64,000 nucleotides of DNA from assembly GCF_009914755.1 (NCBI RefSeq), contig NC_060925.1; one strand, written 5' to 3'. The stretch is from the human T2T-CHM13v2.0 reference genome, Homo sapiens. A program made the translations under genes and the position numbers. Below the pieces are notes generated by a model. It searched no databases. It was not told where the DNA came from and was given only the letters and a program-made list of their open reading frames with translations. Position 1 is the stretch's first letter. Each line of letters starts with the position of its first letter. Of this stretch, positions 24,001 to 37,282 are shown one piece after another.

Positions 24001-27000
24001 TGAACTACGATGTTGACACTCTGGGAAAATGTTCAAAGTAGGTTGATTCTACATGGCTTTGAAAAAATGTAAGGTACTTCAAACACCTCACCATCAAAGA
24101 CTTCTTAAAAAAATTATGTGTTAAATCTTTCAAGTTTTCCTATTGTTTATTTTTATTCATTGACCCACCTCCTGGACCTCACTTCTGTCAGTCTAAAACC
24201 TAATTTCTTTTAGGCCCCAGAGAAGTTCCATCTCCTCTCCAAAACCTTCTTTGACCTTTACATGCAATGATCTTTCAATTAAAATTTTTCCCTCACAGCA
24301 TACATAGTCAGCATCATACCATCTAGTACTAGTTAATGTGTAATTTTCATATTCTTCTCTAGTTTAATGGGAGCTTGTTTTGTCTTCTCAATTAGGTTTT
24401 AAGTTCCTTGAAGGTGGTGCTATATCTTTTATTTCTACTACATGTTTTAAAAAATGCTTGCTGATATATAATTTTATTGCATTGTGGCAGTTTAAATGGC
24501 CAACAGGCCAGAATGAGATGAATCACTTGTTCTGGGATGGACTATCTGTTTGCGTGATGGCTTGGGATGAAGGTACTCACCTTGATAAGAGTCAGCCCTT
24601 CTGGGGCCTCTTTCTAGTTTCACCACTTACAGGACAGATGACAGAGGAGGCAGTACTCCACCTCCCTCTGCCTTCCCTGATGCCCATTGCTTCATCCCAC
24701 TGTTAAATGAGGAACTGTAAGATACAAATCTCTTCCTCAGAGGGGAGCTGTGATAATTGTGGCTTGTACAGCATTTTGTGATTCTTAGATATAAAAGAGC
24801 TAATTATTATGATCATTAATAATCCTTAATTTTTATCTTCTTTAAGGTAAATTACCTTTACTTTAATTACACCCCCACCCTGGTGGTAATTATACCTCTG
24901 AGAGTCAGCAGATGCTTTCATCTTACATCATGCCATGCAGGGTGACTGGGCATGGGTGCCAGGGAGGGCATTTCTACCATCTGCCTGGTCCTGCTCTCAC
25001 CCAGAGTAGCAGAGGGCTTCTGGCTGTCTTTGTTGTTAAACTGGTTATAGATTTCAAGTGATTTGTATTCTTTGTTCTATAACAGTGTCTTTATCCTAAC
25101 CAGCAGCTCCTCAGTTTCACGGAGACACACTAAATGGTACAAATGAATTTTTATCATTTGTCTAATACTGTGAATTAAGGAAGCAGGTATCTTTCACTGG
25201 GCCATAGAGGCTTTATGGTGTCTATTATAAAGAGGTTTTCAACTGCAATATGAAAGAAGGGCCATAGCTCCTCAAGTGTAGAGGTGCTGTGTGACATTCC
25301 AGATTTTTCTTGGACTTAGATGTGGTTCTAATAGAATTGTAAGTTACTCTTTGGGATAAGAGGATTTGTGTGAAGAACTGAAAAAAAATGTTTTTGAAGA
25401 GATTTTACTTCTGACAAAAAGGCATACCATAAAAAGGTTGGAACTGAGGCTTCACACATAATACATACTTTGGGTGTGGGAATAAAGGCCATGGCCTCCC
25501 AAATATGGAAAAGAGCACAGGCAGGCCTGTCCCAATCTAGCTTGAAATGTTTTCTTCAGGTCCAGGCATCCTATAACTGCTTCATGTCATGATATAATTA
25601 TTCAGTCCTAATCTTGGGTGTTTCAGCACCATGAATCCTACTCTGTCCCTGAAGTAAGGATGGCAGTGGAACAAGGCAGTAGGGTGGATGGCAGTGTTGA
25701 GTCTCCCTCCTTCTGATCCTTCCTCTCAGAGTGGTGCATGCTTCTCTGGAGCTCTGCCTTCCCCATCTCCCTTAGCATCTTTCTTTCAGTTTCTTTCCTT
25801 TCCTTATTTCCTCTTCTCTTCTCTTTTTAAATTTCTCTTTTCCCATCCCACTCTCAAAACCATTTAATCTCAGGTAGGGAAATAGGACAGGGATGAAGAG
25901 ACCTCAAGGGGAACCAGTCAAGGTCTGTGTCCCTTTCCCTCAAGTGAGGATCTGATTGAGTTCATAGTAGTATTGGTAAAGAAGCAGAAAATAGGCTGTG
26001 TCCTTCTTGGTTCTTCTCTCAGTGAGTCTGTCTTGGTCCATAAGCATTTACTGAGCCCTCTGTTCTACTGTAGGCATTGTTCATGGTAGCAGGAGGCACC
26101 CCACCCTACCTCCCAATGATTTGAAGTGGGATATGTTATGGTAAGAAAGGTTTAATTCCAAAAATAAGACTGTATATTGGTATTTCCTTGTACATGCTAT
26201 AATATTTTGTAAGAATTAGACAAACAAACAAACCTAACAACAGTGGTTACCTGTAGGGAGAGGGGTGGGGAAGTGCCTTTTTACTGTATACTTTCTTATA
26301 CTTTTTAATATTTAAACCATGTGAATATGTTACCTATTACAAATTAAATACATAGAATCATTTAAAATAAAAGTTTGATTCCAAGAGAAAGGAGATGAAA
26401 TAAAGAGAAGACAATAATGTATTTTATTTACTCAGCTTATATTGTACCTGGCAGGATACTCGGCACTTAATACATTTTTAATAAAATTTTTTAAGTGTGA
26501 TAAAGTTAAATGACCCTTAAAAAACCTTAACAGTCACTAAAGTGGTTGTACAATAAGTGTTAGTCTTTTGGCTATTTTGTCAGATGTATGATTAGAACTT
26601 TACAGATTTTTTCTGAGGCTCTTGCTTATCTGCAGATAAAGAGTGCTGTGGGTACTTCTTCTCTGGGTGTCTAAACCCAGCCTGGCTCTGGGCTCTCGGT
26701 GGGCTCACTGTTAGCTCTGGGCAGAGGGTGAACCACTAATAGCTCATCTACAACCAGCTCTTTGAGAGTATTTCCTAAATTAGAAAAAACATGCTTTTGG
26801 CAGCACAAATTTGATCTTTGAAGTGAACCACATCCTATAGATATGACAAATGGGGAATAATTACAACTTCTCAAAGTCAAAATTCAGTTATTCTAATATA
26901 AATGTAATCCATACTTTCAGGGCCAACATTTCAAAATTAGTCTTTAAAGTCTCTTTTGTTGTGTTTTTCAAGGTGCAAAACTCTTTGAAAGTCTCTGAAT

Positions 27001-27544
27001 ACAAGCCCTAGATACTGAGTTCATCATTCTAGATAGTTTATCCTCATCTGTTCCATGAATGTTCACACTGCCTTGCTACTTAGCTAATTAAAAACTTTCA
27101 TTAAGAACCTGATAAATGGAAGGTGAAAGAGTATAGAGCATTGGAAAAGACCCATTCAAGGCATTCAGAAGGTATGATGTAGTTGTGACTTTCAGTTATA
27201 ATCCGCAAGTGCTCTACAAGGAGAAAGAGACTACTCCTTGGTGAAGTGGTGTAGGAAGTCTTCAAGGAGGAGATGGGAGTTGTTCTGGATAGGGTGAGTG
27301 GATTTCAGGCAGGCCAAGTGAAACGGAGGCATTCCAGGCAGTGTGAGGAAAGATGGGGAGTAGGAATGGGCAAAGCATATTTTGAGAAAAAGATAGTTGA
27401 ACCATCAGACTATAGTGGAGACTTTATCACTCTTTCGCAAAGGGCCATGTTGCCTTGATCCTTTCAAGGGTTGACCTTGCAGAAGAGAAAGTTGATTTCA
27501 ACCATCCATCCATTCAGGAAGAAAGAAATTGAATATAGTAAGAT

Positions 27545-27585
27545 GCAGGTTCCATGAAAGCAGGTTCCACGAAAGCAGGTTCCAC
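27545..27585. repeat. 15-bp tandem repeat x2.7 within an L2-like remnant
   Basis: GCAGGTTCCA(T/C)GAAA repeated. Confidence 0.85.
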
Positions 27586-28413
27586 TTCTGTTTTGTTTGT
27601 TGTTGTGTTCCCAGTGGCAGAGAACAGGCCCTCAGCAAATATTTGTTAATTGAAAGAGCGAATGAATTGCATTTATTTATCATATACAAGACTATATGCA
27701 AATGCCATGACTAGAAAGTAGCCCTGTAAGAGTTCAGAAGAAGTCAGTTTTTGATAGCAGGATTGGGAAGAAGAGATGGAGTAGAAAAGGAACACTTGAG
27801 AGAAGTAGCAATAAGCCATAAGATGGAGAGAGGGTACAATTTTATTTTTAAAAATCTTTCTGAAAGTACTGAATGATTGGCTAGATTGTTGGGGCAAAAC
27901 AGGTGGGAGTGAGGATGAGGAAGGCAAGAGCAGTCTATTAATATTTGGTAGGATATTGATATTAAAATTAATATCCTACTTCTTCCTACACTGGCCTGAT
28001 CAGTGCGGTTTTTTAGAGATTAAAAATAGAGGTTGGAGAAATGATTTTTGCCGTGGGATTGATTTCATATCTGTATCTTAAAAGCAATTCCAAGAGTATC
28101 ATCTGAGCCAGCCTGAACTTCCTCTGCTACTATTATTCAAATAAGGATTTGAATAAGCAGAATTTGCTTCAGTGAGGAAACTGCCTGGGGCATCAGCCTA
28201 GGAGAGGGTAAGTGAACTGGTTTTGCCCACATGTATTCAATGGCTTATGAAAGAAAACTCATCTTTTCTTCTTCTTCTTTTTTTTTTAAACATGTGTTTA
28301 AAAATGTTATTAAACTAATTCAATTTGTGAGGGAAACTGTGAGACATTACAACTGGTTTGAAGGAGAATTCAAAGTGCAGACATGTATACAGGCCATCAG
28401 GAATGAGGAAATG

Positions 28414-28709
28414 GGCTGGGTACAGTTGCTCATGCCTGTAATCTCAGCACTCCTGGGAGACCCAGGCGGGTGGATCACTTGAGGTCAGGAGTTCGAGATT
28501 AGCCTGGCCAAGGTGGTGAAACCCCGTCTCTACTAAAAATACAAAAATTAGCCAGGTGTGGTAGCGCATGCCTGTAGTCCCAGCTACGCTGAGGCAGGAT
28601 AATTGCTTGAACCCAGGAGACGGAGGTTGCAGTGAGCCGAGATCATGCCACTGCACTCCAGCGTGGGTGACAGAGCGAGACTCCATCTCAGAAAAAAAAA
28701 AAAAAAAAA
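28414..28709 (+). mobile_element. Alu (S-type) inserted in the pseudogene 3'UTR
   Basis: Full Alu with A tail; TSD AGGAATGAG(G/A)AA. Confidence 0.95.
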
Positions 28710-29444
28710 GGAATGAGAAAGCGAATTTGCTAAATTGATGCACAATCAATCAATAGCCAGGGCCTGTCATCCACAGTCACTCCACCAGACACACACATGC
28801 ATTCCTATGGTTTGTCCACAACTTCCAGAGCTGAAGAGTAGCTCAAGGACGTCAAAGGGCAGAGGCCACAGGGAATGGCTGAGCCACAACTGAGCAGCAC
28901 TTCTTCACTCCCCATTTCCATGGCTATCACCATTTTTCTCTGACAAATCATAGACAAATTCTAAAGACTGAGTAAATCTATAAAAGTGAATAATCACAGA
29001 AGTGCAATGTCTGATCAATGATTCCAAAAGTGTTCCTGGGCACTCAGTCTCACTAAGTATACATTCTGAAATCAAATTCTATTTCTTTACAAAAAGTGTA
29101 GGCAATCAGTGTTCTTAAATGAGGCAAATGGTTATTATGAGGTAGAAAACATTCTCCAATGTGGATAACGATGTAGATACCAGATAAATGCTACAGTTGT
29201 GTTCACACTAACAACAAATTATAGATGATGTGGCTCAGAGTCAGTCGATGAGTGAAAATCCAGAGATATTCTGAGGTCACAAAAAGAATTTTAATGTTAA
29301 CTAATAAGGATAATTATTTCTTAGTGCTCACCAGAAACATGGCTTTCCCACTCAGATTGCAGACCAGCCAGAACTACCATCTCACTTTGTCAGTTGCCAT
29401 TGCATGTTGACATCAACACTGAGGAGAGTGATGCAGATGATCGA

Positions 29445-29712
29445 TATAAATATATATATAATACATATGTATGTACACATGAAGCATATACTTATATGCA
29501 TACATAGTTTACATTTTTCCAGCTGGGGTTTCAGAAAAACTAGAACAAAAGAGAAATCATGTTCCATTTTGTCTTGGAAAAGTATACATCTCACATATAC
29601 AGATATGCATATATCTACATACATATACATGTAATGCCTATATGCATATGAACATACTGAGATATATATATGTATATGTATCTATATGTGTATATATATA
29701 TATGCATATACA
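29445..29712. repeat. TA/TACA-rich low-complexity tracts
   Basis: (TA)n and TATACA runs. Confidence 0.85.
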
Positions 29713-30714
29713 TTCACTTTATCACATACTCCATCAGCTTGGTTTTTGAGATGGTAATTCAAGTTCGATTTTTGTTCCGGGCTTTGTTTTCGTCTCTACT
29801 AAGTTTCTCTCAACTGTCAAGCCACATTTCATCAACACTTTAGAGTGGGGCAAGCCAACACAGGATGGAAAGGCAAACCTTAGGAAGCTAAAATTACTGT
29901 GCAGTCTGGGATTTGGGAGTTGTTGATTTCCTTTCCCTTTCCCCCAGCAGTGTGGACCATGAGAGTGGGCTGGGGGCGGCCCTCCCTCTCACTCATAGGG
30001 GAGCAAACCAAACAGCTCAGGCTGGAAGTCCTGCAGGGAATTCAGCACCGGGGTGGCCTTTCTCCTCAAGTCTCAGTTCAAGGTTCTGTCTAGAATGAAG
30101 ACCACTTGCATCCCAGTTGCCAGGGTTGCCTCCACCTCATTGAGAGCATCTTCAAACAAGGCACCTCTCCATAGGAGGACAGGGAGAGAACCTGTTGGCA
30201 CAAGCTGGGAGGATGTTGGGGTCTGGCTTGCTGTGCTGTACTTCGGGGTCATCTCCCTGCATAATGTGAGAAAACAGGCTGAAGAACTCCTTGTGTCAGC
30301 TCACCTTCATCTCCAATGAGGCAGACCCTGAGCTGGTGGCCATGGCAAAGGGAATGCTGTGTTTCTGCAGGTGGACGATGAGATTCTCAGCCCCTGGCAT
30401 GAGCACAGCTGTAGGGAACACTTCCTTTAACTTCGTTTGGCTTTCTTCCACCAGTTCCTCCTTGGACATCAGGAGCTGCAAGATGTCTATTATAATCTGT
30501 GCTGCCTCTAATGCCTACTTACCCATTACCAGGGACTTTACAACCCAGCTGTATTTCTTTTCATAGAAATCACATATTTCTTGAAACAGCACTGAATATA
30601 GCCATTCAGTATCCAGAAGAAGGCCATCCATGTCAAAGATGAGGTGGGTGATGGGCTGCGGTGGGGGGTGGGGGTGCTCCCATGGTGCTGCCTTCTCCGT
30701 CTGGGTGGGGGTGA

Positions 30715-30960
<246 letters not shown>

Positions 30961-31209
30961 GAGACCTCACCTTTCTAATCCAAGCATCTGATATATTTCA
31001 TCCTGATCTTCTGCACTGAGCATTATATGATCAATTCAGTCTAATCAAATTTAATGGACATTGGTTCAGGTTCTGAGAACTCAAATATGGCCAAATATAC
31101 CTCTGCCTTGCATCTCCAGTTTAGTGAGGGAAGTTTTGGCCTATGAGACGTGGTGATGGGGACTCTATTTTTTGTTGTGATCATTATTATCTTCATCAAT
31201 CACTATAAG

Positions 31210-31420
31210 CCAGAAACAAAAGTAACTATTGTCTCTGTTATTTAATTCTTACACCAATCCTGTATAGTAAGCATGAATAGTCTCATTTTGTAGATGGAGA
31301 AACTGAGTCTTTGTGATGCTAAGTAACTTACCTAAGGCCAATTAAGTCGGCAAGTTGCAGAGCTGGAATTTGAATCCAGATCTGTCAGCCTCTAAAACCC
31401 ACACTCTACCATTATTCAAT
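31210..31420 (-). mobile_element. MIR
   Basis: CATTTTGTAGATGGAGAAACTGAG...AAGTAACTTACCTAAGG MIR core. Confidence 0.7.
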
Positions 31421-34400
31421 ACTACTACTTTAATTCCTTGTTGCCTGCATGGAGATAATAATAATTTGCTATGGAAAGTACCAGTTAGAAGATATTGTCT
31501 TTACCACCCCCACTGTAGTTTGGTGAGTGCTTTTGCCCCTTCTGATGTGGTTAGAACAAACCTATGCTCTACAGTGGCGTGGCTTCTGCAGCAGGTGCTA
31601 CTTTCGTGAAGGAGGTCCCCCCAGCCACAGGGAACGGAGGTTCATGATCTTTAGGAGGCTGGCAGGATTTTATCTCTAATGAAACATGGTGATGATTAGA
31701 TCAAGACAACTTGACTGCAGCAATATTTTTCCTCTGACAACTTTGTGTGAAGAAATCAGACACAGCCAAGACCAGTTTGTGCAGCTGATGGCACCGGAGC
31801 AGAGGGTGTCCTCTTATCAGATACCAGCACAGTGACTGCTGACTGTCATGTGTGGACCTCGCAGACTTCTAGCTACAGCTTAATTATAATTATTAAGTTT
31901 TTACAGGACACTGATTGTATTTCAAAGGGTTTTACGAACCTCTTTTTATTAGTTGTTCCCTATCCAGCCCAGTCTGACAGAAGGGCTACTTCCTCTGCTT
32001 TCAGGTGTGGAAATGGGGCCACTCTGAGGTTAAGTTGCCTGTCAGAGGTCACCTAGCGGCTGAGCTTTGGTTCTAACTTGCTGGATTGGACAGATCAGAT
32101 CTGCTCCTTTAGGCCAATCAATTAGTTGATATAGGAGCCATGGAGATTTAGAGCTAATGAAATGGTACCTTACAGATATGGAAGGTAGTAGATTTTGTGG
32201 TTTGAAATTTGTGTTTTGTCTTCCAATATGAATTTTGTTTTTGCTGTCAAGAATTCAGTGAATCAAAAGTAGATGGGTTCTGTCATTCCTCTCTCTCTTC
32301 TTGGTTCTCCCTTTTTTACATACCCTCTTTTCCTCTACTTTCCAAAAGAAGGAATTGGTCCTGAACAAGTGATTCCAAGTTCCCTTCTCCAGAATTAGAG
32401 AAGGGCACAGGTGGTGGGTGGTTCTGGTAATACTCATTAGAGGCCATTGGAGGAGCTCAAGGTAACTCTATTTTGCTTGGATGTGGTATCATAATAACGT
32501 CTTATACTTCATAGGTTTCTGGTTAAGACACTAGTTTCATGGGATCTTCCTAGGTATTCAGGTACTTCAGGCTCTAGTTTTATCTAAATTTGGGAACTCG
32601 GGATTAAGCAAATTGAAACAAGTTATTTATTTATTTATTTGTTTATTGTGCATGTATAGGGTGTATGTGGTGAGTTTCCAAAGGGGGTCTATAGATAAAG
32701 CATTTCTGAAACTCGTGGACCACTGACTGTCTCTCCCCTCCCCATCCCCGACCTATCTTCTGATAGTGACATTCTGTAGAACACCCTGAGAAAATGCAAC
32801 TGAGCATGCCTTTTTCAGACAGGCAGCATGCAGTACACTTCCTTGTTTCTGTGGCTCCTTCCTGGGCTTCGTTCTGTTCCTTGGAGTCATAGAACAGGAG
32901 AAAATGCTGTCTCCAAAATTCTCATAGGAAGCACAGGTGAAATATTTTCCTTACTGCATAAACTATTTAGATATGAATTTGTAAGCAAACCCAGAAAATA
33001 AACTAGATGTCTTCTGAACTGAACTTTTCTTTTTGGCCCTGTCCTATTACACCAACTGTGACGTAATAAGTGAGTTTTGACTATAGGGTATGTGTTAGGA
33101 CATATGTTACCATGGAGACCTTAGGAGCATATATCAAGTGATATATATTGTACTATATTATGGACAATGTCTTGAAATCATTTTTATCAATAATTCAAAA
33201 TAACAAGAATGGTCTTTGTGTACTTTTTTTGTACAAGATGGCATCAGGATGTAAAAATTTGTTTTTCAGCAATTGTTAATTTTTAAATATATTCTAGCTG
33301 GCCATGTGGTAAATTGAGAGCCCAGGGGTCTTGGATATAGGTCTGGCTGAGAAATTGCTATTCTCTGTGACCTTACATGAGTCACTTAAACCCTTTGGGC
33401 CCCAGATGTCTGTCTATAAAATTACAATAATGACTCTGGCTTCCTCTCTGGGGTGGAGAGTGGGGTGTGCTAGAAGGAATGAGATCATAAACTGATAGAG
33501 GGCTGAACTAAGGTACTTTTGAATTTATAGGAAAAAAGCAAGAGGAGAAATGTTAAGTTTCTTCATGTTCTTTTTCTTTCTCTAGTCTCTAAATGCAGAA
33601 TCCTGGGAACAGATCCATGAAGAGAGAGGTGAGGTCAAGAAGAGATTCCTATGTGTGTAATTGGTAGAGCCTTTTTACTTTCACAAGTCTTCATGTGGAA
33701 CATTTCCTTCCTTGAAACCACTGTGAATGCTGTGAATTTTGTGTTCTCTTTCCATTGTCTGTCAATTGATAATCAGTTTCTGTGACTCTGAGGTATTCGG
33801 TCTGATTATTTTACATTTTTTGCATTAAATCTTTTTCCTACTAAGTGTTAGGATTTGGGATAATGTCTCTTCATTAAACTTTAGTAAATACCCACTTGCT
33901 GAAATTCAGAAATATTGCTGGAGATTTGTTTTTCCATTGGCCTTTTCTTACCATGTGCCCAGGAACTCCAGGACTGGCACCTTAGGATATTCTTTATCTC
34001 AGACCATCAGGATCTGACATCTCAGCAGCTTTGTGCTGTCAGGAAGACAAGCCATTTAGTTTTCTACTGTGCTTGGCTAACACAATGCCCATTTTCAGAG
34101 CATAAGATGGAGGCAGAGATTGGAAGGACTTGCCTGAGGCCACAGGGTGACCCATAAGCACAAGAGAGAAAGAGGGATGTGAGTGAGAGATTCTTCCCAC
34201 CTGACCTCACTCCCAGACCCCACGCCTTTTGTCAATTCCTTCCCATGGACCTACCTGCTTGGAAATCAGTTTCCAAGGTTGTTTTGTTACCTTCTCCCAA
34301 CCATTGTTAATCTTTGATGTAATTCATTTATCTAAAGCACCATTTACCCCATTATCTCCTTGTAGTTCTCACTTAGTTGCCAAGAGTTTCCCACTTCTCT

Positions 34401-34529
34401 TCCTACTTAAGTACTAATACGAGTTTCAGTAGGTGCAACTCTTTTACCTACCCCAATTTCTCTGGGCTCTGGTCCCTGTGTCAGAGGCTTGGGATAATAT
34501 CTCATAAGAACAAGTGTAGAGTGGTTGCT

Positions 34530-34894
34530 CAGCCATAAAAAATGATGAGTTCATGTCCTTTGTAGGGACATGGATGAAATTGGAAATCATCATTCTCAGT
34601 AAACTATCGCAAGGACAAAAAACCAAACACCGCATGTTCTCACTCATAGATGGGAATTGAACAATGAGAACACATGGACACAGAAAGGGGAACATCACAC
34701 TCTGGGGACTGTTGTGGGGTGGGGGGAGGGGGAGGGATAGCATTAGGAGGTATACCTAATGCTAAATGACGAGTAATGGGTGCAGAACACCAGCATGGCA
34801 CATGTATACATATGTAACTAACCTGCACATTGTGCACATGTACCCTAAAACTTAAATATAATAATAATAAAAGAAAAAAAAGAAAAAAAAGGAA
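34530..34894 (+). mobile_element. Young L1PA (PA2/PA3-like) 3' end, 5'-truncated
   Basis: Close to L1PA 3'UTR with G-rich tract and A-rich tail; TSD AAAAAATGATG. Confidence 0.92.
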
Positions 34895-35519
34895 AAAAAA
34901 TGATGTAAGGAAAACTATAATTTATTGAATGCCTTCCATTTGTCATGCTATACACAAGATACAAAAATAACATAATAAACCTATGAGTGTAGTATTCATA
35001 TTTTGTAGATGAAGACACTGAGGCATAGAAAGGCCAAATGATCTGCTGAAAGTTACATGATAATGAAGGGGTGAGCTGTTATTTGACCCATGCTCTTTTT
35101 CACTATGCCGTGCTGTTTTGGGTTTTACTAAAAACTGTTTGGTGGCTACACCTCTTATTTGCATAATTATAATTTCTTACACTTGTGTAGTGATTTATGG
35201 ATTTAGAACATTTTCAAAAATTTTATTTTATTTTATGTTTGCAACACTGTATGAAGTAGGCACCACAGATAATGATATTCCAACTCTTTTAAATGAGCCC
35301 TCCATTCTACTGACGCTCATGAAGTTTAGTGATTTATACAGTGTCCCTCATGTGGTGACAAATTTGTACCATATTCTCTATTATCAAATCATTCTTCCTT
35401 AATTATTTTCATTTATGTCATTCTTCTGATAAAAAAGCTTACAGTGACCTTCTATTGCTAAATGTACAATTGTCAGTCAGTTGTAAACTTTCCTTAACAG
35501 CTGGCCATCCTCAGCCATT

Positions 35520-36790
35520 ACTCAATCACTCATTTGTTCAACAAGCCTTAATTAAGCACTTGTAATGTGCAAAGAATCAGATATATAAAGAGGAATAATA
35601 TGTGATCCTAACCTTTTGGGAGATTACAGTGTGGTCAGGGAGTCATCCAGGTCAAGGCATTATTTTAACCCAGGATAATAAAGGCTATGATAGAGGGCAT
35701 TATGGGAGCTCACTGAAGGGACACTTCACCCATATATTGGGCTTAAGGAAGGTAGCTTAGAGAAGGTGGTGCTTGTGACAAATCCTGTTGGACAAGTTGG
35801 GTATATGGTGTGAGGTAGAATGGGATGAGAGCTGAAGTTGGGAGAACTAAGGAGGGGAGATCATGAAGGACTTTATGAGCAAAGGTAAAGAAGGTAGATT
35901 TTATCCCACAGGCTATGGAGAACAATTATAGGATATTAGGCAGGAGATGATGACATAATCAGATTTGCATTTTAGAAAGGTCTTTGTAGCAGTAGCATTG
36001 AGAATGGGTTGATGGAGGGCAAGGTAGGGTACAGTGAAGTCACTTAGGAATCCTTTGTAGTAAAATAGGTGAGAAATGGAGGGTTGAACTAAGATATTTG
36101 CAGTTGGGCTGAGAAAAAAGCATTTGAATTGGAAATCTTTAAGAAATAGAAACCCACAGGGATTGCTGACATATTGGATATAGAAGGTAACGAAGAGGAA
36201 ATAATTGGGAAGTCTGGGGTTTTGGCTCGAGCAGCTGGGAAGACAGTAGGATTGTATACAGGTAGAAGGATATAGAAGGAGGTGTTCAATTTTGTGCATA
36301 TTGAGTTTAAGATGCTTGTGAGACACTTTGGTAAAGGGATCCAGGAGGTAGTAGGATATCTAGATCTGAAACTAAGGAGAGAAATCTGGGCTGGAGATAT
36401 AGATTTGGAAGCCATTAGGAGGAATGTGATAAGAAGATGAGATTGACCAGAGGAAGTGTGTAGGTCAGTGGTTCTCACCTTTAGCTGTGTGTTAGAACCA
36501 CCTGGGGAACTTCTAAAAATCCAGATTTCCAAGGTCACACCACCGACCTATAAAATTAGAATTTCTAGGAATAGAACCCAAGCACCAGTGTTTCAGAACT
36601 CTCCAGATGATAAAGTGGCAGTGAGAGTTGAGAAGCACTCGATTGAAAGGAGCAGGAAATGCCTCATTAAAGGTGACTAAATGAGGGAGAAGCATAAGAC
36701 ATTTCCAGAGGGATAGGAGAGCCTAGAGAGAAGGTAGCATTACTGACACTAAGGGTGTGAGAAGTCAAGAAGAAAGCAATGAGCAGTGCT
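35520..36790 (-). mobile_element. L2 fragment
   Basis: CATTTGTTCAACAAGC...; GATTTGCATTTTAGAAAG; TTGAGTTTAAGATGCTTGTGAGACA L2 motifs. Confidence 0.7.
36466..36640. mobile_element. MER5A-type hAT-Charlie MITE inside the L2
   Basis: Terminal inverted repeats CAGTGGTTCTCA ... TGAGAAGCACT; ~175 bp. Confidence 0.75.
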
Positions 36791-37282
36791 CTTCTAATCA
36801 ATCTTCAGTTACTCCTTAACATGGCTCTTTCCTGTAGCCACCTATTCTGTTTGCTTTTTCCTGCCTTTAACTTGGTAGATGCTCATCTGTGTCTCTGCTC
36901 AAACTACTCCTGATGCTTAGGATTCCTGCCCTTCTTGAGGATGTCAATCCACATTTAGCCCATACTTAAGGTTTGGCTCAAAATCTCCTCCTCTAAGAAA
37001 TATCTGATCAATTTTACCCAATTCTAATTACTCTCCTTTAGATACTCCCTTATGCATTTAGTTCTATGTAAAAAATGGCCCAGCTGTGAGACAGTGCCAA
37101 GAGTCCTGGACTTAGACTCTGAAGATTTGAGTTCAAGTCCTGGTTCTGCTACATGTTAATAAGCTGGAACATCTTGAGGAAGTCACTAAAGTGCATTAGT
37201 TTCTGTATCTATAAGATGTTCATAGCAATAACAACTTTTAAGGATTGATATGAGTTTTGAGAATGTAAAAAGCTACATATGT

